From positions 12,181 to 76,180 of the IMG/VR virus record IMGVR_UViG_2690315653_000003: a stretch of 64,000 nucleotides of DNA; one strand, given 5' to 3'. Below, piece after piece: positions 49,761-57,898 of this stretch. The notes beneath the pieces are model-generated. The model was not told the DNA's origin. It searched no databases and saw only the letters and a program-made list of their open reading frames with translations. Each line of letters starts with the position of its first letter. Within the stretch, counting starts at the first letter, position 1. This DNA comes from a virus. Lineage: Duplodnaviria; Caudoviricetes. The position numbers were made by a program, and so were the translations under genes.

Positions 49761-50396
49761 CTACTCTATAACCTGGGAGATTAAAACGTTTTCTATTACA
49801 TCGGTCGTAAACTTTTCAATGTATTCCTTACGCTCTTCCATTGTGGAGAAATAAGGGACTTTCAAATGAACAAAGGACTCATATTCAGGGTTTTTTGTAA
49901 AGTGAAGGTTTATGGTTTGACCTTTGTATAGTTTTCTGAATTTAGCATACAACGTTTTAAACTCTTTCTGTTTCTCAAATTTATTGCTGATTACAAGCGT
50001 AAAATGTTTGGATATGTGATCTGGTAACAGTTCAGTGAACTCCATATAAAAATGATAGAATTCTTCAGTAACAGTGAGCATTGCAAGGATATTAAACTCG
50101 CTATCCATGATGATGCCTTTGCCGACATAATAAACTCTGTTTCTAATTGGAATTTTAATGATTTCAGATCCGTCCTGAAAAATCTGAATGACAATATCAG
50201 TATCAAATAATCTCTTGTAGCCATTTGGGCCGCTAGGAAGCGTTAAGTATCCCAGTGATGTAAAACATAGAATAAAGGGTATTCTATTGCCCGCAGAAGC
50301 AATGAATTTGCATGAATTTGAAATTGTCTGATCTGGAACCAAACTGATAGTTCTTTCACCTATCCGAATTGTTGATAGAAAATTTTGGTTCACCAT
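49761..50396 (-). CDS. hypothetical protein directly downstream of the E1 gene
   Basis: 211 aa; 'YYVGKGIIMD..FNIL'; 11 nt after the ThiF gene stop. Confidence 0.6.
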   Translation of the reverse strand: MVNQNFLSTIRIGERTISLVPDQTISNSCKFIASAGNRIPFILCFTSLGYLTLPSGPNGYKRLFDTDIVIQIFQDGSEIIKIPIRNRVYYVGKGIIMDSEFNILAMLTVTEEFYHFYMEFTELLPDHISKHFTLVISNKFEKQKEFKTLYAKFRKLYKGQTINLHFTKNPEYESFVHLKVPYFSTMEERKEYIEKFTTDVIENVLISQVIE

Positions 50397-50407
50397 GACT
50401 TTAATAT

Positions 50408-51154
50408 TTAATATTCTATGTCATACTTATCAAGTGGAATAAGGAATTCGTAACTAAAAGGGACGTTACGAATTATCTTACCTTTTTTTACATTGGACAA
50501 CCAGTTCGTGATATAAAATATCATGTGTGCAGCGATTCCAGCTGCGGTAGGTGTTGTTTGAGTGTAGGTACATGAAGGCGTATCCGATTCATCAGGTTTT
50601 TCCAGACAATTATTGTAATATTTCTCCATTAGATCTGGCCTATCACCTGGTACGTTGTAGATCCACATTTGTTCTGCAAGCAATCTTCCGTCTTGAAAGA
50701 AGAACTCGCTGCGTTCGTGCTCAGGCGTTCTGTTCACATATGCAGCCCACTTTTCGAATGCGAGTCTTCTTACCTCTATTTTATCCGGGCCACAAAGCAC
50801 AATTTTTGATGTTTCACTGGTACGGGTATACTCTCCATGTGTCTCTATTTCGCAATCCGGGCTAAAGGAACTGATTGTATTTTTTATGGCCTCTACCTTT
50901 TTTTGCCCTACATTAGTGTCAAACATAACCTGGCCACCATTATGGTCCTCGAAAATATCCTTATCGTATACATGAAGACGTACTCCTGTTCTGGAGAGTA
51001 GTAATGACAACCAGGACCCAATCCCCCCCTGACCTATTATGACGATATCCCTTTTGTAGATAGCGTCAAACCAAAAGGCACCTTTAGACCTTCCATATAT
51101 GGCAGGGGTGATCATTTTTTCACTTTCTGTTAATACATTATTTTCATTTGTCAT
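50408..51154 (-). CDS. E1/ThiF-family adenylating enzyme
   Basis: 'IIGQGGIGSW' (GxGGxG), 'YDKD.FE.HN', 'K..A', 'GPD....R', 'DGRL', single Cys in 'TPSCTY'. Confidence 0.9.
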   Translation of the reverse strand: MTNENNVLTESEKMITPAIYGRSKGAFWFDAIYKRDIVIIGQGGIGSWLSLLLSRTGVRLHVYDKDIFEDHNGGQVMFDTNVGQKKVEAIKNTISSFSPDCEIETHGEYTRTSETSKIVLCGPDKIEVRRLAFEKWAAYVNRTPEHERSEFFFQDGRLLAEQMWIYNVPGDRPDLMEKYYNNCLEKPDESDTPSCTYTQTTPTAAGIAAHMIFYITNWLSNVKKGKIIRNVPFSYEFLIPLDKYDIEY

Positions 51155-52077
51155 TTTTTGTCGTTTTGTCGATAAGTGGTAAATAGGTGACTATTTTCTT
51201 TTTTTCCTTTGGATATGTCCTTAGCCGCTTTGGAAACAACCTTTTTAGGTGCCCGTGTTTTTGATTTTGGCTTTTTCTCAGCGATATTTCCTTCTGGGAA
51301 TAATTGAAGTTTTTTTAATGCTTTGGCCTTACGAGGTTTTGGTGCCGTGGGTAATGATGGTAAAACAGGTTCCCTAGTTAGTTCAAAACAACGAGACCTG
51401 AAATCCTCGTCGATTTGACTTTCGTGGTGAACAATATTACATTCATATATACCTATAATCTCCTCTTCTGAATTGGTGTCGCTCATCACTTTAGTTGAAT
51501 GCACTCCATTATTACCCAGGTAATTTAAAGTTGAATTTGATGTTGTTTTTTGGGTTGCAAAAACGCTCATCTTACCAATAATGTCATAGCTGTTATTTAC
51601 AATAATTGATAAATAGTAATTATGATTTGGCGCATTTATATGTATATCCTTTTTGTCAGTATCGGAAAAGAATACCGGCATATTGTTATGGGAGTGAATC
51701 ATGCCTTGTCTACAATATCTGTTTAAAGGATTATCATCCAGGTACGTAGCAAGTTTTCCAGTGAAAACTGGTGCAGTCATCACTGAGGAGCCCATATCCA
51801 TTAGAAGTACGTCTTCTAACACGCACTTGAAGTTTTTTTCTCCGAAATCTCCTATTGTCCTATAGAATAGAACTGCGCTCCATTCCAGATCCTGTATCTC
51901 AGAACATAGAAATCGGACTTTATCCATAAAATGACTAGGCACATATACCGGAATTGATTGGGAGAAGAGAATTTCGTTGTAACGCGTAACTATTGAATCT
52001 GTCAGAAAGTTGGGTGTTAATAAATCTGGTGAATTCTGGGTCGGGATATTTCCGAATTTCATTGCTTGCGTTTTCAT
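51151..52077 (-). CDS. JAB/JAMM metallo-isopeptidase (start uncertain)
   Basis: 'EWSAVLFY' Glu plus exact HxH-x7-S-x2-D (HSHNNMPVFFSDTD); alternative starts are GTG 51942 or ATG 51927; Lys-rich C-terminal tail. Confidence 0.85.
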   Translation of the reverse strand: MKTQAMKFGNIPTQNSPDLLTPNFLTDSIVTRYNEILFSQSIPVYVPSHFMDKVRFLCSEIQDLEWSAVLFYRTIGDFGEKNFKCVLEDVLLMDMGSSVMTAPVFTGKLATYLDDNPLNRYCRQGMIHSHNNMPVFFSDTDKKDIHINAPNHNYYLSIIVNNSYDIIGKMSVFATQKTTSNSTLNYLGNNGVHSTKVMSDTNSEEEIIGIYECNIVHHESQIDEDFRSRCFELTREPVLPSLPTAPKPRKAKALKKLQLFPEGNIAEKKPKSKTRAPKKVVSKAAKDISKGKKENSHLFTTYRQNDKK

Positions 52078-53107
52078 AATCAACAATTTTGAAATTTATT
52101 GGTTTGTTTTGAAAATAAAGTATTGGTTCGGTCATCTTATATTGGGTCGTATCGATTTCAAACGGAGAAATACGGATTAGTTTACCCTGATGGTTTTTTA
52201 CCGCGTAACATTGCAAAGGAAGATTCATACGCTCCATTACAGTAACTATTTCTTTTTGTCCACGATCAGTTAGCTCAACATCGAATTTGTCTTCAATGAT
52301 TTTTACAGAGAACATATCTCTGATCACTTGTGGTCGAAGGGAACTCAAATGGAAGAGGAAATGATTGCAAATTATTGGAATTTGTTCTGCCGGGAAATCT
52401 TCTGCAGGACCAGAGGTTGTGTGCTCAGAAACTCCAATTTCAGAAATGTAGCGATATGGAACGCCTGAAATAGATTCCCATTTGACCAGCTCTTTTATAT
52501 GCAAGCAAAATAGCTCCATTCCATCCTCATAAAATCTGTGCTTAAGCTGAAGAATAACATCTAAAATAGATCCCGTTCCCAAACAAAAATGTCCATCGTA
52601 ATTCTCTCGGTAATCTACTCTCGGAAGGTGAGAATGTGCATAGTTATACTTGAGTTCATCTACGGTAACTGTGGAACGGATACCATTTAAAAAGGAATCA
52701 TCGACACTGAACAAACATCCTTGGAAGTTAATATTAAAGCTTACGAATAGATCTCGTATTATATGAGAAGCATCATGCTCATTTTTTATTTCAACTTCTG
52801 GAAAACGTATGACTACTTCATAAAATAGGTATTTATCTACCACCTCCAGGAGGTGTTCAATATTGGTGTCATCCGGATTATTTTCATCGCCGTCGGGTCC
52901 TAAAGAGATACCTAAGTAATTTAATGCAAGATCAATAGCCTGTGACTCATTTATATTGACTATTTCATTATTAAGCTCGCCAAAATGAGTGTTTAATATT
53001 TTCTTTATTTGATTAAGTATTCCGCTTTCACCAGTAATCCTTCGCCCTTCTTTGGCCTTTAGATAAACTGCCCGGCGAAGCATCGCAGCTTTTGAAATTT
53101 CAGCCAT
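51935..53107 (-). CDS. prokaryotic E2-like (UBC-fold) protein
   Basis: 'HSHLP...GHFCLGTG' parallels the E2 HPN...G.ICL catalytic-Cys motif; sits between the Ubl and JAB genes. Confidence 0.6.
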   Translation of the reverse strand: MAEISKAAMLRRAVYLKAKEGRRITGESGILNQIKKILNTHFGELNNEIVNINESQAIDLALNYLGISLGPDGDENNPDDTNIEHLLEVVDKYLFYEVVIRFPEVEIKNEHDASHIIRDLFVSFNINFQGCLFSVDDSFLNGIRSTVTVDELKYNYAHSHLPRVDYRENYDGHFCLGTGSILDVILQLKHRFYEDGMELFCLHIKELVKWESISGVPYRYISEIGVSEHTTSGPAEDFPAEQIPIICNHFLFHLSSLRPQVIRDMFSVKIIEDKFDVELTDRGQKEIVTVMERMNLPLQCYAVKNHQGKLIRISPFEIDTTQYKMTEPILYFQNKPINFKIVDYENASNEIRKYPDPEFTRFINTQLSDRFNSYALQRNSLLPINSGICA

Positions 53108-53122
53108 TTCAATTGGTTTTTG

Positions 53123-53157
53123 AAAAAGGAGAAGTGAATAATATCTCTTCTCCTTTT
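53123..53157 (-). terminator. intrinsic terminator between the Ubl and E2-like genes
   Basis: AAAAGGAGAAG...CTTCTCCTTTT inverted repeat; TTTTT follows the stem on the - strand. Confidence 0.7.
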
Positions 53158-53170
53158 ATTTACTGGAATT

Positions 53171-53413
53171 TTATTTCCTTCCTAATTCGGATTTCTGTTG
53201 AACGATATAGACAACGATATTTCCGGTAGGCAGTATCGTTGATGGGTCAACAAGAGGCTTAGAGTGACCTCTCAGCACGATACTCATTCCTTCATACCTG
53301 ACTCCTCGTTCTTCAAAGACCTGCTGGACTTCTTTAAGGGTCTCTCCTTCGAATTCGTCGATTTCAATTTCATCAACTCCCCTGGTGTTAAATACTGTCA
53401 ATGATCTGGTCAT
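53171..53413 (-). CDS. ubiquitin-like (beta-grasp) protein
   Basis: 80 aa; beta-beta-alpha pattern 'RSLTVFNT..EIEI...ETLKEVQQVFEERGV.Y.GM', 'L.....LP.GN.VVY', C-terminus SELGRK; first gene of the E2-JAB-E1 cluster. Confidence 0.7.
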   Translation of the reverse strand: MTRSLTVFNTRGVDEIEIDEFEGETLKEVQQVFEERGVRYEGMSIVLRGHSKPLVDPSTILPTGNIVVYIVQQKSELGRK

Positions 53414-53464
53414 TTCTTTTTGATTTTAAATTTTGAATAATCGTTTTATTTTGTACAGTACCGC

Positions 53465-54193
53465 CTATGCGGTACAGATTTCATTGAACCATTTTATACC
53501 CTCAAATTCCGGATGATTATCTTTTATTATTATATCAACCTTATTTAGAAAACGGTTGCTTTGCCATGATTCTGTCTCTGGAAATAATTCGGGATCGTCC
53601 AGTTCAAATGAGATATTGTTGAATGGTGCAACCAGTTGTGTATAGGATTTCGCGTTTTCTCCCATAAATACAATTGGTAAAGAAGAAGGGTAATAGTTAA
53701 TGATTTCAATAAAGAAATACTTCATGAATGGTCGCCAGAGGTCATAATGAGATCCCGGTTTATTTTGTTCTGCTGTTAAAGCTGAATTTAGCAATAGGAT
53801 GCCCTGACGAGCGAGGAAGCCTAAATCAGGTTCATCTATCATGTCCACATTAAAGCCTGAGGAGTATTCCTGTTCAATAGCTCTGTAAAGCCGGTGAAGA
53901 CCTCTGGGGATAGTCTGGGTATTTGAAACACTTAATGATAGCCCATCGGCCATACTTTTACCATTTACAACGCTACTATATGGTCCATCAATGAAAAAGA
54001 CTGCCTTTAGGTTACTGTAGGCAGTTTCACTAAAACATCTAAATGTTTGTTCCTTGAATGGACATACCGTGCGGCCTCTTTTCGAGAGCCCTTTTAAAGT
54101 CCTGATAATAATATCAAACTCTTCGGTTTCAATAAACCCCTTAAATAGTGGTGCCCAAGTCGAGAATTTATCTTTTATGAGATCGTAGTTCAT
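53465..54193 (-). CDS. uracil-DNA glycosylase family 1-like protein with altered catalytic motifs
   Basis: 'P.....FR.F', 'ADGLS.S', 'LARQGILLLNSALT', 'PGSH..LW.PF'; GQDPY appears as IDGPY and HPS is absent. Confidence 0.8.
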   Translation of the reverse strand: MNYDLIKDKFSTWAPLFKGFIETEEFDIIIRTLKGLSKRGRTVCPFKEQTFRCFSETAYSNLKAVFFIDGPYSSVVNGKSMADGLSLSVSNTQTIPRGLHRLYRAIEQEYSSGFNVDMIDEPDLGFLARQGILLLNSALTAEQNKPGSHYDLWRPFMKYFFIEIINYYPSSLPIVFMGENAKSYTQLVAPFNNISFELDDPELFPETESWQSNRFLNKVDIIIKDNHPEFEGIKWFNEICTA

Positions 54194-54196
54194 AAA

Positions 54197-54406
54197 TTAC
54201 CTGATTACGGTTTTATTAATTGTGTAAGTACGGGTTGGTTCAAGCCAGTTCAGGTCATAGAAATCAACTTCATAATTTGCCCTTTCCGCAAGCGGAATAT
54301 TCTGTCTTATAACGTTTGTTGGAAAGTGATTCCAGATATACCTCTGCGCCCTACCTAATCTTACATAATCACCAGTAATCCTGTTCCTTATAGCATAGAT
54401 CTTCAT
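54197..54406 (-). CDS. small hypothetical protein
   Basis: 69 aa 'MKIYAIRNRITGDY'; ATGA-coupled to primase. Confidence 0.6.
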   Translation of the reverse strand: MKIYAIRNRITGDYVRLGRAQRYIWNHFPTNVIRQNIPLAERANYEVDFYDLNWLEPTRTYTINKTVIR

Positions 54407-55425
54407 AGTGTTTCTATATTTTTAATTATTATTCGCTCTACTGTTCCTGGTCCGTAGTGCCTTGCAATGTCAGCAAGATCCTTTCGAATGGGTGGTGTTA
54501 TGTAGGATGAGGGAATTATAAATGGTTTAAACTTATTATTCAGGCTGGTATAGTATTCTGTTGCCTTTTTTCCTGCTTCATCTGGGTCGTTGCATATAAG
54601 TATCCATGGAAAGGTTAGCAGGTATTTCATGTCAGCCTCGCCTATAACATTATTACCTTCATACTGAATACCATAGCAATTATCGTAGAACTTTGAAGCA
54701 ACTTTAAAGTCTTTGACTGCTTTTATCTGAAAAGCGCCTTTTGACGGGTTAAGAGATTTGATTCCATAGAGCTGATCATGGGGGACGTTACATCTCCATT
54801 TATCTTTTTTATTTTCGGCGAGAGGTCTATATATTTTCCATTTCCCACCTTCAAAAAGAAACCCATATACTAATTCATTCGAACCAATTTCTATTTTTAT
54901 TTTATCTATATACAATGCTCCTACTCGATATACCACTGGTTCTTTCTTTAGGTCACTTTTATCCAGGTGATACATACCCCAAAATTTGAAATCTTCGCTG
55001 CAAAATGGTTTAGGGGTTACCTGGATAAGTTTAAAGGATTGGTAGTCATCGGTATACCCAACTTGATCAGTTATTGTTCGCCTGATGGGTTTTGAAGGAG
55101 CTTTTCCATTGGTAATACCCAGATTTAGGTCATTGTCAATTTGATGCAGAATATCATTGAAATTGCTTCCAGGATAAATGTTCCTGAGAAAGTCAATGAT
55201 TTTACCTCGAAATCCTCCAGGACCGAAATCTGTAAAGTATAATCTTCCAAATTTTGTTTTAATAATGGAAGCTGACGGGTTATCGTCTTTATGTCTAAGA
55301 GGTGACCTGAATGGTTTGCCCAACTTAAAATCATGCCCTAAGTAGTGCCGGAAGATATCATATTCACTTACGTGCTCGAATATTGTGTCTAAAGTCAGTT
55401 CTGTCCTCTGGCGACCCTGTATCAT
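54403..55425 (-). CDS. DNA primase (crAss-type, TOPRIM)
   Basis: 'FRSPLR..D.NPS', 'FTDFG', 'KIYRP', 'K..KD', TOPRIM 'NDPDEAG', 'KDLAD'. Confidence 0.85.
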   Translation of the reverse strand: MIQGRQRTELTLDTIFEHVSEYDIFRHYLGHDFKLGKPFRSPLRHKDDNPSASIIKTKFGRLYFTDFGPGGFRGKIIDFLRNIYPGSNFNDILHQIDNDLNLGITNGKAPSKPIRRTITDQVGYTDDYQSFKLIQVTPKPFCSEDFKFWGMYHLDKSDLKKEPVVYRVGALYIDKIKIEIGSNELVYGFLFEGGKWKIYRPLAENKKDKWRCNVPHDQLYGIKSLNPSKGAFQIKAVKDFKVASKFYDNCYGIQYEGNNVIGEADMKYLLTFPWILICNDPDEAGKKATEYYTSLNNKFKPFIIPSSYITPPIRKDLADIARHYGPGTVERIIIKNIETL

Positions 55426-55457
55426 TTGTATAGATTTTATCCTTGGTTAAAGGATAG

Positions 55458-55493
55458 GAATGCCCTGCTTGAATAAGTACAAGCAGGGCATTC
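55458..55493. terminator. perfect 14-bp hairpin between the SSB and primase genes
   Basis: GAATGCCCTGCTTG-aataagta-CAAGCAGGGCATTC; T-run on the + side, weak tail on the - side. Confidence 0.6.
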
Positions 55494-55503
55494 GATTTTT
55501 AAA

Positions 55504-56421
55504 TCAATAATCACTATCCATTAAGTCGAGGTCGTCATCCATATCTGGAAAAGCTCCCATTGGATCATCCTCAACATTATCGCCATCCGGAGTTGGAATG
55601 TTATCATCCGTAATGATGGGACTGTCAGATAAAAGTTTATTTTGTGCTGGATCATAGTCGTGGGCCAATTCCAATACTCTGTTAGCCCCGAAAAAATCCT
55701 TACATCCATGTTCGGGGTGGAGGATCTGACTGAGAAAGAAGGCTAACTTTCTATCTTTAATTTCAGTAATAGGAATAGTACTTTTATAGTATCCAAAGTT
55801 GCTTACTGATAAGAACTCCCTGTTGTAAATAGTCTGAAATTCCTTAAATTCATCGCCCACTTTAGCGAGCCTTACAGCATACAGCCCGACAATGTTAGTG
55901 GAAAAGCTTTGACCACGGATTTCATTAATTTCACTAACATCGCCCTTCATTAATTTTTTCCAGTCAAGTACCCGGGAAACTTCCGGGCTTTTCTCCCTAA
56001 GTTCCCCTGTATGGGCTCTTAAGAATTTATACAACTCTACTTCACCTGATCTGGCAACCCATGGATTATTTTCTTTAAACCAGGATTGGAAATTATCAGT
56101 GTTTTCAACCCAGAAAGTGCTGGTGCCTTTTTTATCGATATAGCGTTTTTTTCCTTTCTCTGAGGTAGCTATCTGATCTTTGAGGCGAATCTGTATTTTA
56201 TGTTTTTTGCCTGTGGATAGATCCTTCACCCAGATTTCGAGTTTTAATGATTTTACACCATTATCATTGATAACATATTCCGGATCTTTTTCACTTTCCC
56301 ATCCCAGAATTTCTTTGATCTCTTTTTTTGTTGGATTTACGATTAGTGGTTCCAGCACACCAAGTCCTACTCTGAATCCGGAACTTGCACGGGGCTCTCT
56401 TGTTGGTCCTACAATACTCAT
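55504..56421 (-). CDS. putative single-stranded DNA-binding protein
   Basis: 305 aa; highly acidic C-tail (DDPMGAFPDMDDDLDLMDSDY); lies between AAA ATPase and primase as in crAss-like phages. Confidence 0.6.
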   Translation of the reverse strand: MSIVGPTREPRASSGFRVGLGVLEPLIVNPTKKEIKEILGWESEKDPEYVINDNGVKSLKLEIWVKDLSTGKKHKIQIRLKDQIATSEKGKKRYIDKKGTSTFWVENTDNFQSWFKENNPWVARSGEVELYKFLRAHTGELREKSPEVSRVLDWKKLMKGDVSEINEIRGQSFSTNIVGLYAVRLAKVGDEFKEFQTIYNREFLSVSNFGYYKSTIPITEIKDRKLAFFLSQILHPEHGCKDFFGANRVLELAHDYDPAQNKLLSDSPIITDDNIPTPDGDNVEDDPMGAFPDMDDDLDLMDSDY

Positions 56422-56453
56422 AGTATTATAATTTTAATTGTAATGAATGATGA

Positions 56454-57404
56454 TTAAAATATCAGGTCGGGATATATTTCCTGCCAGTAACGTGTGGGAT
56501 ATACCTTTGGGTCAGTCTGAAAGTCAGCAATTTTTATTATTTTATTTCGTAAATGAACGGGTCTTGCTCCCAGGTCAGTTTCTGTGCGTTTATTAAAATC
56601 GAGGAAGCATCCTTCATTATTTCGATTAAAAATAGCAACAGCTGACATGAGCCGAGTGATTGTATAAGGTGCAATTCCATCCAGGGCAACGTCGAGTGGA
56701 GTTAGGTCGTCTGTATCTTTACCGATAACATCTTTTTTATTCTTTACATGTGCAACATATATGATAAAAGGGGCTGCGTAACTTTCGATGTATTCTAGGA
56801 TTCCAAAGAAATTGGGACGAGTATAGTTAACTCCGCTGTATTTATCAACTTTCCGAATATCCATTTTGGGAGGATCAGGTCTAACTTCCAAATTATAAGC
56901 ATGCAGAGTTGCTGAATAATTCATCTCCTGCAGCTGCGTTAAATTATCTAATGCGAAGATTGGCCAACGCATTTTTGCGATATGTTCTTTTAGAGCATTA
57001 AATATTTTTACCTTTTCTTCAGGTACATGTGCAAGATCCAGCCTTTGTTGAAGTTTACGATACTCGTCCATACAATTGGTATGATATAGATCATTGACAA
57101 CTTCTGCTAATCCCATTGGTATATAGACTCCATTTTTTAGCTTCTTATACGGATCCTTACTTTTCTTCACAGAAAGATGGACTTTGTTTGTACACTCGAA
57201 ATATTTTGTCTCAGTGAGAGTGTCACCAATCATTATTTTTTTTGTGTTCACCATAGTCATAGTCTTTCCCATGAGTGTATGTCCCATCATTATCATTTTT
57301 GCCGGGGACTGTATCGTGAATTCCTGCCTATCAATGATGTTATTATCTTCATCCATAGGCAGCCTTCTTATTCTGTTCTCTTCTCGCTGTGTTTGTGCTG
57401 ACAT
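56454..57404 (-). CDS. AAA/P-loop ATPase (Sak4/AAA_24-like)
   Basis: Walker A GHTLMGKT, Walker B FALDNLT, 'IYVAHVK', 'GARP.HL'. Confidence 0.7.
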   Translation of the reverse strand: MSAQTQREENRIRRLPMDEDNNIIDRQEFTIQSPAKMIMMGHTLMGKTMTMVNTKKIMIGDTLTETKYFECTNKVHLSVKKSKDPYKKLKNGVYIPMGLAEVVNDLYHTNCMDEYRKLQQRLDLAHVPEEKVKIFNALKEHIAKMRWPIFALDNLTQLQEMNYSATLHAYNLEVRPDPPKMDIRKVDKYSGVNYTRPNFFGILEYIESYAAPFIIYVAHVKNKKDVIGKDTDDLTPLDVALDGIAPYTITRLMSAVAIFNRNNEGCFLDFNKRTETDLGARPVHLRNKIIKIADFQTDPKVYPTRYWQEIYPDLIF

Positions 57405-57534
57405 TATTAAATATTTAAGACAATAATTTCCCTATCCACTTCTTAAAGCAGATTTAACAGGTGTTACATAAGAGTTCTAATTTTTAAGGATACAATACCA
57501 CTGCGTAGAGAATACTCACGGCTGGTAGCATCCT

Positions 57535-57728
57535 CAGGGATATCGCTCAATTTCTATGGTTGTCACATATCTGATATATTAAAACTGTGTCCGATTTTGA
57601 TACTCATTTCTATGAAACAATCTCTATAGCCAGGGATAATTATCGCATTAGGTGTTTGTTATTTCGATTCCTTAATATCAATAGTATAAATAAAGATGAT
57701 TGTAAACTTTTGTATAGTATCGCATTAG
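57535..57728. repeat. short direct repeats in AT-rich intergenic region
   Basis: TATCGCATTAG at 57641 and 57718; CAGGGATA at 57535 and 57631; CTCA(A)TTTCTATG at 57546 and 57603. Confidence 0.55.
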
Positions 57729-57898
57729 TCTAATTCTGACACTATAATACGTATAAATGCTGTTTTAACATAGAAATCTATAACGCTAACCCATATATGA
57801 TTTATTTTAATCAAGAACAGTGCATTTTATTAGTTGAAAAATATTAATGTGGCGTTATGACATGTAATATTAAAATCAGAAAAAGCGAAATACCATTT

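Noticed and set aside
50408-51154. ThiF/MoeB in thiamine or molybdopterin synthesis
   Set aside because: No thiG/thiS-GG or moaE context, and the gene is linked to E2-like and JAB genes
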